Of a DNA stretch of 64,000 nt, positions 1-12,399 are shown in pieces. Under the pieces are notes generated by a model that saw only the letters and a program-made list of their open reading frames with translations, was not told where the DNA came from and made no database searches. How positions within the stretch are numbered: position 1 is the stretch's first letter; the number at the start of each line of letters is the position of its first letter. Made by a program: the position numbers and the translations under genes. Origin of the DNA: Mobula hypostoma. Taxonomy: Eukaryota. The stretch is taken from assembly GCF_963921235.1 (NCBI RefSeq), contig NC_086097.1, positions 107,448,001-107,512,000 on the forward strand. The letters are read 5' to 3'.

Positions 1-1170
1 GTGTCATGAAATTTGTTGTTTTTGTAGCAGCAGTACAATGCAATATGTACATAATAATAAACTGTGAATTACAGTAAATACATATATAATAAGTAGTTAA
101 GCAGTGTAACAGAGTAGTGAGGTAGTGTTCATGGGTTCAATGTCCATCAGATATCGTATGGCAGAGGGGAAGAAGCTTTTCCTGAATTGTTGAGTGTGTA
201 CCTTCGGGCTCCTGAAGCTCCTTCATGATGGCAGCAATGAGAAGAGGACATAGAACATAGAACATAGAATAGTACACACATTACAGGCCCTTCGGCCCAC
301 AATGTTGTGCTGACCCTCAAACCCTGCCTCCCAATAACCCCTCACCTTAAATTCCTCCATATACCTGTCTAGCAGTTTCTTAAACTTCACTAGTGTATCT
401 GCCTCCACCACTGACTCAGGCAGTGAATTCCACACACCAAACACTCGCTGAGTAAAAAACCTTCCTCTAATATCCCCCTTGAACTTCCCATCCCTTACCT
501 TACAGCCATGTCCTCTTGTATTGAGCAGTGGTGCTCTGGGGAAGAGGCGCTGGCTATCCACTCTATCTATTCCTCTTAATATCTTGTACACCTCTATCAT
601 GTCTCCTCTCATCCTCCATTTCTCCAAAGAGTAAAGCCCTAGCTCGCTTAATCTCTGATCATAATGCATACTCTCTGAACCAGGCAGCATCCTGGTAAAT
701 CTCCTCTGTACCCTTTCCAATGCTTCCACATCCTGCATATACTGAGGCAACCAGAACTGGACACAGTACTCCAAGTGTGGCCTAACCAGAATTTTATAGT
801 GCTGCATCATTACCTTGCAACTCTTAAACTCTATCCCTCGACTTATGAAAGCTAACACCCCATAAGCTTTCTTAACTACCCTATCTACCTGTGAGGTAAC
901 TTTCAGGGATCTGTGGACATGTACCCCGAGATCCCTCTGCTCCTCCACACTACCAAGTATCCTGCCACCAGTGAGATGCCTCATTGAAGAAGTCCTGGTT
1001 GCTATGGAGGCTAGTGGAGCTGACTGAGTTCACAACTTTCTGCCGCTTCTTTAGATCCTGTGCAGTAGCGCCCCTCCCATAGAAATGGGTGAAAATTTGT
1101 GAGTGTCTTTGGTGACACGTAAAATCTCCTCAAACTCCGAATGAAATATAGCCACTGTAGTGCCTTCTTT
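1..1170 (-). mobile_element. Degenerate Rex1/Babar-type LINE 3' fragment (1-248 and ~968-1170), split by a CR1 insertion
   Basis: Antisense similarity to the Rex1-like 3' region at 19835-20390; the sequence resumes after the CR1 copy. Confidence 0.6.
249..965 (-). mobile_element. 5'-truncated CR1 LINE (ORF2 C-terminus and 3' tail)
   Basis: ORF 223..984 has VRPHLEYCVQFW, LERVQRRFTRM, RGDMIEVYK, FFTQRV..WNSLP; (TTCTATG)n tail at 249-270. Confidence 0.92.
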
Positions 1171-1257
1171 CTGTTTGATAAGATTTTAAGTTTTACTGAT
1201 GCATAGAAAACTAAAGACAGGAACTGATTCCCTGATTCTTGTTCTCATATTCTTTAG

Positions 1258-1329
1258 CTAAACCAGTAGATTTGAGAAATGCCGGATCGATCAGTCTAAA
1301 ACGACATCCAAATCAGTATAGAAAAGCAG
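1258..1329 (+). CDS. Candidate 72-nt host coding exon (phase 1-1), xKPVDLRNAGSISLKRHPNQYRKA; gene unknown
   Basis: Pyrimidine tract + AG (ttctcatattctttag), donor CAG|gtgaat, length divisible by 3, open frame, non-repeat context. Confidence 0.3.
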
Positions 1330-1599
1330 GTGAATAAATAACAGAAAATAGTTCACCAGGAGCCTTGATGCAGTCCTATAGTCAGGATGAGGGAAGTTAT
1401 TTCTTCACTTATACATCATAAGCTTTCATTTATCTGCAACATTAACACTCACTGTAGATGCCTACTGACCTGCAGAGTAATTCCAACATACAGTATTGTG
1501 TTTTTTATTTCATTCCCATTGATATGCGGAGGAAACCTGCTGGAAAGGTATGGTTACCATTATATAAAACATACACTTCCAGCATTCATGGACTCACAA

Positions 1600-2290
1600 G
1601 GTTACACAGCACTGAGACAACCCAACTCATCCATACTAACCAAGATGCCTACGTAAGCAAATCTAATTTGCCTGTATTTAGCCCTTATGTTTCAACCTTT
1701 CCCCTCTATGTAAATGTTTTTTAAATGTTCTAGTTTCACTTGTCTCTACCACATTCCATATGCACACTTGCCCAAGGGTGACTTACAGGCTAGCAGAGGG
1801 AAGGAGCGCCTTACACCTCCTTTGGTAGAGACATATTGTTAGTCCTATTATTGCCAACCTCTTCTTATATCTCAAGACCTCCAGTTTAGGCAACACTCTT
1901 GTGAATCTTTACTTCAGACTCTCTGGCTTAATCACATACTTCTGATAGAGCCATGGACAATACAGAATGGATCCAAGCCTTTCAGCCCAACGAGCCATGC
2001 TGACCAGGGTGCCCACCCAGCTACTCCCAATTTCCTGTGTTCCGCTCTATCATCTCCCCTCCCCGTACTTGTCCAATTGCTTCATAAATGGCATTATTGT
2101 TCCTGCCTCAACCACTTCTCTTGCATCTTGTTGCATATACTCACCATACTCTACATGAAAAAGTTGCTCCTCAGGTCACTTTTAAATCTATCCCCTCTGA
2201 TCCTACACTTAACCCCTCCTAGATTTGGACTCCTCTACCCTGGAGTAAAGATTGTTACCATCCATCTTTTCGCTGCCTCTCTTAAGTTAA
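1600..2290 (-). mobile_element. Old CR1 3'-end relics
   Basis: Degenerate antisense CR1 3' motifs resembling 249-560. Confidence 0.45.
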
Positions 2291-2311
2291 ACATTTCTAT
2301 AATGTTCAAAG

Positions 2312-3131
2312 TGTGACGAAAAACCAAGTTATCAGAAGATTGATGCTGATGAGAGAGATAAGAGAGACAAAGAGAGAAGTGTTCAAAATGTTAATGAGGG
2401 AGAAGAGAGACTAACGAAAAGAGACACAGTTCCGAGTATTGACAGACCAGTTGCTTTGAACCTGAACTGTTTGAAGTTTGATGGACAGGTGATACCCCAG
2501 CAGGGGGATAAAAGGAATAGGTTCGCTAAGGCACGACAGACACCACGAGATCACGAGATAACGAGACCCTGAAAGTGCGGTGTGCCCCCACAAGTTGGTA
2601 GGAGTTCAGAGGTCTGGTCGCGGGACCGACCATAGACGCACAGGGTGAAAAGGTACGATCGGCGAGAACCTGGTGTGTGTGTCCGCCCTGGCCTGGGTGC
2701 CGGGTTCACCGCAGAAGAATGATCGTATCCGGAATGGAGGGGTCACAGTCGGTGATCTCCGAAGACCGAAAGCTAACTGCGGGGAACATCAAAGGTCTGT
2801 TTGAATCAGAATTTGCATATTCGCTCTCTCTCTTTCTCTCCAACGGCACAACAGCAATTACTGCGAACTGTACTCAGCTGAACTGAACTCTGCATCACTT
2901 GAGACTGATCATTTTACCCCTAGACTGCGATAGAGCTTGATTGATTCCTATTATCCTAGTTCTGTGTACATCTGTGTTTTATCATTGCTAACCTGTTGCA
3001 TTTATAGCCTTACGATTAGAGTACTGTGTTACTTATTTCTTTAATAAAACTTTCTTAGTTCCAGTAATCCAGACTCCAACTAAGTGGTCCATTTCTGCTG
3101 GTTTGGCAACCCAGTTACGGGGTACGTAACG
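2312..3131 (+). mobile_element. Solo LTR (~820 bp), probably Gypsy class
   Basis: Termini TGTGACG...CGTAACG (imperfect inverted ends), AATAAA near 3043, flanks aaag/taag, no coding potential. Confidence 0.65.
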
Positions 3132-3137
3132 TAAGTA

Positions 3138-3775
3138 ATACACACAAAATTCAGGAGGAACTCAGCAGGTCAGGTAGCATCTATAGAAAAGAGTAAACAA
3201 CTGACGTTTCAGACCACAATCTTTCTTCAGGATTGAGGTGATAAGTGAAGCCAAGTGTGTGGGAAAGGTCAAGGACTGGAGAAGAAGGAATCTGATGGGG
3301 AGGAGAGTGGGCCACAGGAGAAAGGAAAGGAGGAGGGGACTCAGGAGGAAGTAATAGGCAGGTGAGAAGAAGTAAAAGGTCAGTGTGGGCAATAGAGGAA
3401 GGTGAAATTTGTTCACTGGAAGGAGAAATCAATGTTTATGCCATTAGGTTGGAGGCTACCCAGATGGAACATAAGGTGTTGCTCCTCCACCCTGAGAGTG
3501 GCCTCGTCTTAGCACAAGAGGAGGCCATGGATCGACACATTGGAATGGGAATGGGAATTAAAATGTTTGGCCACTGTGTAGTCCCAATTATAGTAGATGG
3601 AGCGGAGGTGCTCGATGACAGGTCTCATCAACATAGAAGAGGCCGCATCGAGAGCACTGAACATAATAGAGGACCCCAGCAGATTCGCGGGTGAAGTGTT
3701 GCCTCAGCTGGAAGGACTGTTTGGGGCCATGAATGGAGGTGAGAGAGGAGGTGTAGGGCAGCTGTAGCACTTAGG
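3138..3775 (-). mobile_element. Penelope-like element 3' part: GIY-YIG endonuclease relic plus pseudo-LTR with hammerhead motif
   Basis: ORF 3588..3770 QHFTRESAGVLYYVQCSRCGLFYVDET resembles the PLE GIY-YIG; antisense CTGAAGA..GAAACGTC at ~3200-3232. Confidence 0.8.
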
Positions 3776-3964
3776 CCACAATAATGTTGCCAATAATTCT
3801 TCTACTTTCCGAGGAATGAAGATCTAGCATGGTCAACCTCTCCCTATAACCCAAACTCTTTAGTCTTGGCAACATCTTCCTGAATCTTTTCTGCACTCTT
3901 TCCATTTTACCAACATTATTCCTATACCAAGGTGACAAAACCTGTACTAAGCACTCCAGGTGGG

Positions 3965-4266
3965 GTGCGGTAGGTCATGGTAGCATAGAGGTTAGTTTGG
4001 GGTGTTCTGGAGTTCAGAGTCCAATTCCAGCACTGTTCTGTAAGGAGCTTGTATGTTCTCCCAATGGAATGCATGGGTTTTCCCTGAGAGCTCCAGTTTC
4101 CTTCCACAGTCCAAAGATGTGCTGGTTAGTGGGTTAATTGGTCACTGTAAATTGTCCTGTGATTAGGTTAGGGTTAACTGGGTTTATTGTGGACTGCTGG
4201 AGAGGCGTGGCTGGAAGGGCTGGAACAGCCTACTCCACAATGCATCACTAAATTAAAAAAATAAAA
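3965..4266 (+). mobile_element. tRNA-derived V-SINE-like element
   Basis: V-domain-like core gggttttccct..ctccagtttccttccacagtccaaaga..ggttaattggtcactgtaaattg; A-rich tail; sister copy at 27385-27670. Confidence 0.7.
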
Positions 4267-6359
4267 GCACGGCCTCACCCATGACCTCTACAGTACAACT
4301 GCAACATAATGTCCCAATTCCTGTACTCATTGACCTGACTGATTAAGGCCAGCATGCTAAATGCCTCTCTCCCTGTGATGCTACTTTCAATGCACTATGC
4401 ACATATTCCCTAACACCATCTGTTCAGTTACAGTTCCTAGTGCCTTATCACACATAGAATACATTGGGCCTTCGCTGCTTTGACTTTCCAAAATGCATTG
4501 CCTCACATGTATCTGTATTGAAATCTTATTTAACATTCCTCAGCCCACTTCCATTATTGATCAAGACTCTCATTTACTGTCAAAAACACCTGCTAAATGT
4601 GTGTCATCTGCAAATTTACTGATCAAGCCTTCTTCATCCATATCCAAATCATTTCTATAAGTAATGGATAATAATGGAAACAGATCCCTGTAGCACGCCA
4701 CTATTCACCGTCCTCCATTCAAGAATCAACCATCAACCACCAACACCTGCTTCCTACCTCCAAATCAATTTTGAATCCAGCTAACTTGCTTTCCCTGGAT
4801 TCTATGGGACCTAACCTTTCAGATTAGCCTGCCATGTGAGACATTGTTGAAGGCTTTTGTTAATGTGAAAATAGATAACATCCACCAACTTACCCTCGTC
4901 TACCTTTTTGGTTATTTCTTCTAAGAAAATCTCTAAAAGGTTCATCAAGAATGACTTACCACGCACAAAGTCATGCTGAGTTATTCTAATTAGACTCGGT
5001 CTATCTATATGCTGGTAGATTCCGTCCCTCAGAATTGCCACCAGTAAATTCCCTGTTACTAATGCCTGGCTGACCAATCTATAGTTTCTTGGCTTGTCCT
5101 AGATTAGAAAACATTAGTCACCTTTCAGTCTTTGGGAACTTCACCTGATGAAACAAATAACTCTGCAAGAGTATCTGCAATTTCCCCTCTAGCTTCCCAG
5201 TAAGTCCATGAATGCCCTCAGTCAGACCCTTGGGAATTTATCCACTTTAATGTGCTTTAAAGCTGCTAATAGCTTCTCCCTAGTAATATGAATGTCCTCC
5301 AAAACATTTTCACATATTTCCCTTATCTCTTGAGCAACCATGATTTTCTTCTCACTGAGGAGAAATGTTTATTAAAAATCCCACCCATTTCCTGGGATTT
5401 GAAACATAGACAGAGCTGCTGATATCTAGGGGATCTACTCTATCCCTAGCCGCCACATTATTCTTAATATAACCATAGAATCTCTTGGGATTTTCCTTAA
5501 CCTTACTTGTCAGTTCCATCTCATAACCTGTTTACCCTCTTAAGAGCATTCTTCATCTTTTAATAGTCATCAAAGGATTTACTCATCCCCAAACACATAA
5601 ACTTTCTTTTTCATTCTTGACCAGTGCTTCAATGTCTTTTGTCAGCAAGGGTTCTTCAAACTTAACAGGTTTACCCTTCACCCTTACAAGAACATGCTGT
5701 TCCTGGACACTTGCTATCACACTCTTAACGTCCTCCCACTTGCCTTTCTCTTCAAACTGGTTTACCCAATCAACTTCTGCTAGAACCTGACTAATTCTCC
5801 TATTGGCCCTACTCCAGTTTAGGAATCTAACCAGTCCTATCCTTTGCAATCACTATCTTCAAACTGATGGAATTATGTTCACCAGTGTCAAAGCGCTCCC
5901 TGACTGGTACTTCAGACACTTGCCTTGCATTGTTCCCTAAAAGAAGGTTGAGTGTTGAATCTTCCTGAGTAAGGGCCTCTATATATTGACTCAGGACCTT
6001 TGCTGGGCACATTTCATGGATACCCCTCTGTCCTGCCCCATAAAACTCTAGATGGCCCAGTAAGCATAAGGGAAATTAAAATCTTTTGCAAATATAACCC
6101 TGATATTCTTACAACTATGAGAAATGTCTTTATGAACCTGCTCCTCAATTTTTTGGTGATTATGGGGTGTTCATAAAACAGCTCTAGTAGAGTGCCCCTC
6201 CATTTCTTATCTCTAAGTTCTACCCATAGTGTTTCATTGGACAATCCTCCAAGAATGAAATCTCAATGTACAGCTATTATGTACTCCTATGTCAAAGAGT
6301 TAACACCTTTCTTTGCTTACCTGTACCTCTGTCATGAAAGTAGCATCTTTATCCTGGAA

Positions 6360-6563
6360 CACACATCAAAGTTGCTGGTGAACGCAGCAGGCCAGGCAGC
6401 ATCTATAGGAAGTCCTCTTCCTTCAGTTAGTCCTGACGAAGGGTCTCGGCCTGAAACGTCGACTGCGCCTCTTCCTATAGATGCTGCCTGGCCTGCTGCG
6501 TTCACCAGCAACTTTGATGTGTGTTGCTTGAATTTCCAGCATCTGCAGAATTTCTGTTGTTTG
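6360..6563 (+). mobile_element. Penelope-derived mini-element with inverted arms and a 14-bp TSD
   Basis: TSD tctttatcctggaa at 6346-6359 and 6564-6577; ~54-bp perfect inverted repeat (~6359-6412 vs ~6471-6524). Confidence 0.8.
6429..6464 (+). ncRNA. Minimal type-I hammerhead ribozyme motif (Penelope type)
   Basis: agtc-CTGACGA-agggtctcggcct-GAAA-cGTC-gact: conserved core, stem I agtc/gact, short stem II, minimal stem III; predicted cleavage after 6460. Confidence 0.7.
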
Positions 6564-7056
6564 TCTTTATCCTGGAATGTTGAGCTGTCAGTCCTGCCCT
6601 TAGCTCAGCCATGTAACACCCTAGTCCTGAGTCAATCCATGCTCTGAGTTTGTGTGTTCTACCTGTTAAGCCTTGAGCATTGACATAGCTGCAGTTTAAA
6701 TGAGTATTTCTATCCTGCCTTTACCGTGTCCCTGACTATGATGATTACTAATCTTGCTCTGGCTTGCTGTAGCATAGTGACTAGAACTACACAAAATATT
6801 CTGTGCAGGCTAATCAACTAACCAACTTTATCTTAGTAATCAGTAACAAGAGTGAAAAATATCAATTATAACTTATCACTTATGATAACAACCTGACAAA
6901 TGTTTCATAACTTCCATTCACAGTTACAACTATTTCAGCAAACACACAAACATATACACATGTATATGCACACATATAAATACACACATATGCACATATA
7001 AAATACACACATATGCACACAGATATACACACACATATGCATATACATACACATAT

Positions 7057-7599
7057 CTGTTCATCCATTGTCGACGTCGATGAAGACCTCAACACCATTA
7101 TGATGGTGTCAAGACTAGTGCGTGATTTGGATTTAAGTGAGGGAGAGTTGCACAGCGTCAGCCTCACTCTCTCTTCCCAATTCCCATCTGGATCCAGTGG
7201 CAAGACAGAGTCGAGACAGCTGGAGATGGGACTAGATGCAGTGGATGACCAGGACGTCTTCTGTGTCTTGTCCTGCTCCACGACGCTTGCAGAGACCGCC
7301 TTCTTGACCGTTGGACCTTCCACTGGTCTCGTCCACTCAATCCGCCGGAGTCTGTCTTCACATGCTGGGATAGACAACTCCATACCTCACTGAGGGTTTG
7401 AGACCCGTCGACTACCCTCACCTGGTTTAGCCGGCTTGTCGAAGCCGTTGCCCGGGGTGTAGCCGCTGTCGCATGCGAACAGCTACGGGGAGCCACAGGT
7501 GAGAGCTGAGTGCCATGTGGGGACCAAAGGTGGACTAACCGCCCTGAAAAGGACGCGACATGTTCCCCCACCAGAGGTGCTACCCCTCCCTGACACCCC
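7057..7599 (-). mobile_element. 543-bp non-coding retroelement (RTE 5'UTR-like) with TSD
   Basis: TSD atacatacacatat (7043-7056) / atacgtacacatat (7600-7613); degenerate relative at ~41815-42200. Confidence 0.7.
7417..7599 (-). ncRNA. HDV-like self-cleaving ribozyme candidate at the element 5' end
   Basis: Minus strand: P1 GGGGUGU/ACACCCC, P2 CUCACCUG/CAGGUGAG, P3 GGC/GCU with loop starting UCC, GG for P1.1, P4 CGGCUU-CGAC-AAGCCG, J4/2 GCUAA. Confidence 0.65.
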
Positions 7600-7734
7600 A
7601 TACGTACACATATACACCCATACACACAGATATACACATATATACACAGACACACACACACAAGCACACACACACATCCCAACATGTGCTCTTCTCAAAG
7701 AATCCACAAACAGCCAGCTTTTCAAGCACACTAT

Positions 7735-8890
7735 ACTTTATACTTTATTGTTGCCAAACAATTGGTACTAGAACGTACAATCATCACAGCGATATTTGAT
7801 TCTGCGCTTCACACTCCCTGGATTACAAATATTAAATATTATAAATATTAAAAATAGTTAAAATTAGTAAATATTAAAATAAATTATAAATCATAAATAG
7901 AAAATAGGAAAATGGGAAGTAAGGTAGTGCAAAAAAACCGAGAGGCAGGTCTGGATATTTGGAGGGTATGGCCCAGATCCGGGTCAGGATCTGTTCAGCA
8001 GTCTTATCACAGTTGGAAAGAAGTTGTTCCCAAATCTGGCCGTATGAGTCTTCAAGCTCCTGAACCTTCTCCCGGATGAAAGAGGGACGAAAAGTCTGTT
8101 GGCTGGGTGAGTCATGTCCTTGATTATCCGGGCAGCACTGCTCCGACAGCGTGCGGTGTAAAGTGAGTCCATGGACGGAAGATTGGTTTGTGTGATGTGC
8201 TGCGCCGTGTTCACCATCTTCTGCAGCTTCTTTCGCTCTTGGACAGGACAACTTCTATACCAGGTTGTGATGCACCCTAGAAGAATGCTTTCTACAGTGC
8301 ATCTATAAAAATTAGTGAGGGTTTTAGGGGACAGGCCAAATTTCTTTAGTTTTCTCAGGAAGTAAAGGCACTGGTGGGCTGCTTGGTTGGACCAAGTCAG
8401 GTCATTTGTGATATTGACCCCGAGGAACTTAAAGCTTTTGACCTGTTCCACTTGCGTACCACCGATGTAAATTGGGTTGTGCGGTCCGCTACTACTTCTG
8501 AAGTCAACAACCAATTCCTTTGTCTTGCTGATGTTGAGGGATAGGTTATTGTCTTCGCACCATGCCACCAGGTTCTTAATGTCCTCTCTGTACTCAAACT
8601 CATCATTACCCGAGATACGGCCTACAATTGTTGTGTCATCGGCAAACTTATATATTGAGTTTGATGGAAACTTGGCTACACAATCATGGGTGTACAGTGA
8701 GTACAGCAGGGGGCTGAGTACACAGCCTTGTGGGGCACTGGTGCTCAGAGTGATTGTAGAGGAGAGCTTGTCCCCTATTTTTACAGCCTGGGTCCTGTCT
8801 GTGAGGAAGTTGAATATCCAGCTGCAGATCTGAGTGCTAAGGCCCAGATTCCGGAGCTTAGGAATCAGTTTATTTGGAATGATGTTATTA
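7735..8890 (-). mobile_element. 5'-truncated Rex1/Babar LINE (RT and C-terminus)
   Basis: ORF 7984..8919: [54 protein letters not shown] and tandem tail. Confidence 0.92.
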
Positions 8891-9609
8891 AAGGCACTAG
8901 ACCTATCATATGGACACAATGCAATACAAATACCAATGTACTACCCTTCTTTGGCAGGACAAGATGGCCTACAAACATTGTTAACAGGAAAAAATAAATT
9001 AAGCATACCATATTATGCACAGGCTGAATAGCCTGGAGAAGAGAATATTGTCTAGAACTGGTGTGGGATGTGGATAGTTTGTGTGCTGTACTGATAATAT
9101 GCAGAGTTGCTCCAGAGTTTGTTGAAGACAATGGCTTTCTCAATTCTAATTCATAATACCTAGCTTAAATTCCATCACCCTCTCGTCCCAGAATCTGTTC
9201 CAGTTTACGAGATGCAGATGGCCCTTTCCATCCAATACCACAATCATTTCTTCAAATGAGAAACTTTGAAAATCCATTCAAAATAATAAAAATTTATTTT
9301 CAAACAAAATTGAAGGGAAATGAAATCAAATTACTTAAAATACAGAAAAAAGGCATTTAAATATTTTCAAATATTTTAATCAAAAGCTAAATATTCCCTG
9401 AAGCTGAACTCTCACCCTGAAAGTCATTCCCATGCAATGACATAAATAGAGTCTCTGACCCTTTGCTGAAAATCCAATCTGATATGGGTTCAGTGAGAAC
9501 CTATCCCACTACAGCTGATGGAAAGCTGCAGGAGGTTTATACTTCAGCACTGCATTGCTAGAGGAGGCTGTCAGCAAGTTGGAACTTCCTTGTGTGCACA
9601 TGTTTGCAT

Positions 9610-11121
9610 TATCATCATCATCAGGTGCCGTGCCCAGTTTGAGCTTTGACTGCCATGGCCCACACACTCCTGTTTCGAGTCAAGTGGATCAATTCATTGG
9701 TATTCATTTCCAGTTCTCTGGTTGCTGTCTCCATCATGATTTGTCTTTGTCTTCCTCTTGCTTTCTTCCCCTCAATCTTTCCCATAATTACCGTGCATTC
9801 TAACTCCTCTTTACTAAGCACATGTCCAATGAAGTTATGTTGCCTTTACATGATCTCATACATTATTTCTCTTTTTGTGTTTGCTCTGTTCATGACACCC
9901 TCATTAGATATTCATTTCGTCCATGATATTCTTTGCACCCTCCTCAAAAACTACATCTCTGCTGTTTCAATTCGTTTCCTCATGTTACTAGATATTGTCC
10001 AACATTCTGAGCCATATAACATAACTGGATAAACGTAACATTTCAGTACTCTGAGGCCGGTTGTCATGCCTAGTTTAGTATTGGTCAGTATACTCTTCAT
10101 TCTCGTAAAGGTGTCTTTTGCCATCCCTATTCTTCTTTTGATGTCTATGTTGCACCTGACATCTGATGTCACCCAGTAACAAAAGTTCTGTACTTGTTTT
10201 ATGTCTTCCCCTTTTATTCTCAGCCTGCAGATAGGATTCTCCTTCTTTTTGGATATCACCATATATTCTGTCTTTTTTGCAATTGACAGATAGACCCATT
10301 TTTGCACTTGTTTCAACAACTATATCAATTAAGTTTCGTAGTTCTTCCTCCATACTTGCAATTAACAGTGTCATCCGCATATCTCAAATTATTGATGTTT
10401 TCACTGCCAACTTTGATTCCTAAGATGTCTCTTATTTTTGTAATATTGTTTCACTGTACACATTAAATAAATCAGGGGAGAAAACACACCCTTGTCTAAT
10501 GCCTCTCTTGATTTACGTAAACGGACTCACTTTTCCATCTATTCTTACAGCAGCAGTTTGTTCCCAGTACAGATTTCTGATCAGGTGGAGGTCTTTTGAA
10601 TCTAGATCTAGAGTTTCCTGTAATATTTCAAATATCTTACTGTGCTTCACTTTATCAAATGCTTTTGTGTAGTTGATAAAACAAACAAACAAATCTTCTT
10701 GCACTTGAATAGCCCATTCTGATAGTATACTTAACATCAATACTGCATTTTTGTACCTTTATCTTTCACAAAACCACATTGTTCTTTACCTATTTCAGCT
10801 GGTATCTTACTTTTAGCTCTTGTCATCAAAATTCTTTGAAGTATCTTGATGATATGACTCATTAAACTTATGGTCCTATGTAATTCACATTCTATTGCTC
10901 CAGGTTTCTTAGGAAGAATGATAAATACTGATTTTTTCATCTCTTCCGGTATTATTCCAGTCTCATAAATGTCATTGATTAAATAAGTAAGCTTTTCATT
11001 TCCATAATCTTCAAGGGCGATAATTTGTTCTATTACTAATTCATCAGGACCTGCTGCCTTTCCTTTGTTCAACTTATTTATTGCATTACGAACTTCAGAT
11101 TTTAAAATACTTGGACCTTCA
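9610..11121 (-). mobile_element. 5'-truncated RTE (BovB-like) LINE
   Basis: GKAAGPD, YETGIIPEE, HRTISLMSH, YTKAFDKVKH, MLYGSECWT, GKIEGKKARGRQR; (TGA)n tail; TSD atgtttgcat at 9600-9609 and 11122-11131. Confidence 0.92.
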
Positions 11122-11539
11122 ATGTTTGCATAGGATCTCCAAACTTACTTTATTGTTAATGGAGGTAAATACCACCAGTTCAGTGCAGAACTAACAACTC
11201 TTTTGGAAGGAAGCCTTGGGCAATGTAATTAATGTTGGTAAACAGAAAACACTAGAGAAATTACCAGTACTGGAGGTTAATAAAATCCAATTGGAAATGC
11301 TTTGCAAGTGCTGGTTTCAGAAATTGAAGGTGAATTGTCGATGGTCTTCCAACTGTCCTGAAGTTCTGGAGAAGACCAATGGACTGAAAGGTAGCAAATG
11401 GAGTACTACTAAAAATGGAGGAAGTGACAAAAGAAGAGAACTATTAATCAGTTGGCCTGTTGTCAGTTGATGACAAAATGCTGGAAAACTATAGTTAAGC
11501 ACGCCATAAGAGCAAAACAACACTTAATATGATTGGGCA

Positions 11540-12100
11540 TCTCGAAGGATGTGTAGCTTCTGATCTGATCTTGTCAATATAGTGCTTGTATGGTTGTTTC
11601 CACTGTACTTGTATGTGATTGTGTGTGTTGGATAATGATGGCAGGGACTCAGTAAAAGTCAGGGATAGCTGGTTCAACTCTCCTTTGTTGGTACTGCTCA
11701 TAATTGGGCACCTGAATGATGTCAATCTATTTTCCAATTGCCAGCCTTAATTGATTACCATATGGGATCTTGCTGTATGAAGGTATGGACTACCTCATTT
11801 TCTGAGGGTTTATGAAAAAGACTGAACATGAGACAATCATCAGCAAACATCCACTCTTCGGAGCAGCTAAAGTTGATTAAGCCTAGGATATTGCCCAGAG
11901 GAACTCCTGTCTTGATGTTCTGAAATGCTGATGATTGACAATTAACAATCACAGCTTTCTTCCTTTGAACAATGTATCACTCCGGCCATTGGAGTATTTC
12001 CCCCATGTTGCCCTTGACTTTAGTTTTATTAGAGCTCTTTGAGAATGCACTCTATCAACTGCTGCCCTGATGGCTAGGTCAGTTTCTATTACTTCACCTC
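11540..12100 (-). mobile_element. Old CR1/L2-clade RT relic
   Basis: ORF 11755..11952 GVPLGNILGLINFSC..MFADDC (degenerate GVPQGS..FADD). Confidence 0.6.
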
Positions 12101-12104
12101 TGAA

Positions 12105-12222
12105 ATTATGATGATGAGGACACGCAGTCCCCTTTTATTGTCATTTAGTAACGCATGCATTAAGAAGTGATAAAAGAAATGATAAAAATATTTTTCCAGA
12201 ATGATATCATGAAAACACATGA
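12105..12222 (-). mobile_element. 3' fragment of the non-coding family at 29933 and 35033
   Basis: Shared gaggacacgcagtcc..ttttattgtcatttagtaa..catgcattaagaa. Confidence 0.75.
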
Positions 12223-12399
12223 CAATTCAGCTTTTTGAACCATATTTGGTCTAGTAATGAATTGAAGTTCAAAGGCAAGTGGTCCTGCTGAAACCCAAAT
12301 CTGGAGAGCAGGTCATTAGGACCACTGGCACTGCCAATAGCACCTTTCATTGCCTTGTTTTTCAGAACAGGACATATCTGAACAATTTTCCATATTATT

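Larger units (their letters stand above)
3780..6760 (-). mobile_element. Heavily decayed, near full-length CR1 ORF2 (EN + RT), interrupted by a SINE and a Penelope mini-element
   Basis: Fragment ORFs ETLWVELRDKK..FYEHP (6014-6244), LNLLLGN..VPVRERFDTGEHNSI (5827-6012), QHDFVRGKSFLMNLLE..VDVIYF (4811-5077). Confidence 0.8.
6940..7678. repeat. Degenerate (CA/TA)n microsatellite split by the 7057-7599 insertion
   Basis: CA/TA runs at 6940-7056 and 7600-7678. Confidence 0.85.

Noticed and set aside
3965..4030. tRNA gene
   Set aside because: Degenerate SINE head; no cloverleaf can be built
6880..7799. Overlapping 80-170-aa ORFs
   Set aside because: Products of the microsatellite plus a non-coding element; no recognisable domain
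9009..9260. Minus-strand exon-like segments (also near 24780-24830 and 26310-26470)
   Set aside because: Splice-like signals exist, but there is no consistent frame or recognisable protein; not supportable without transcript data
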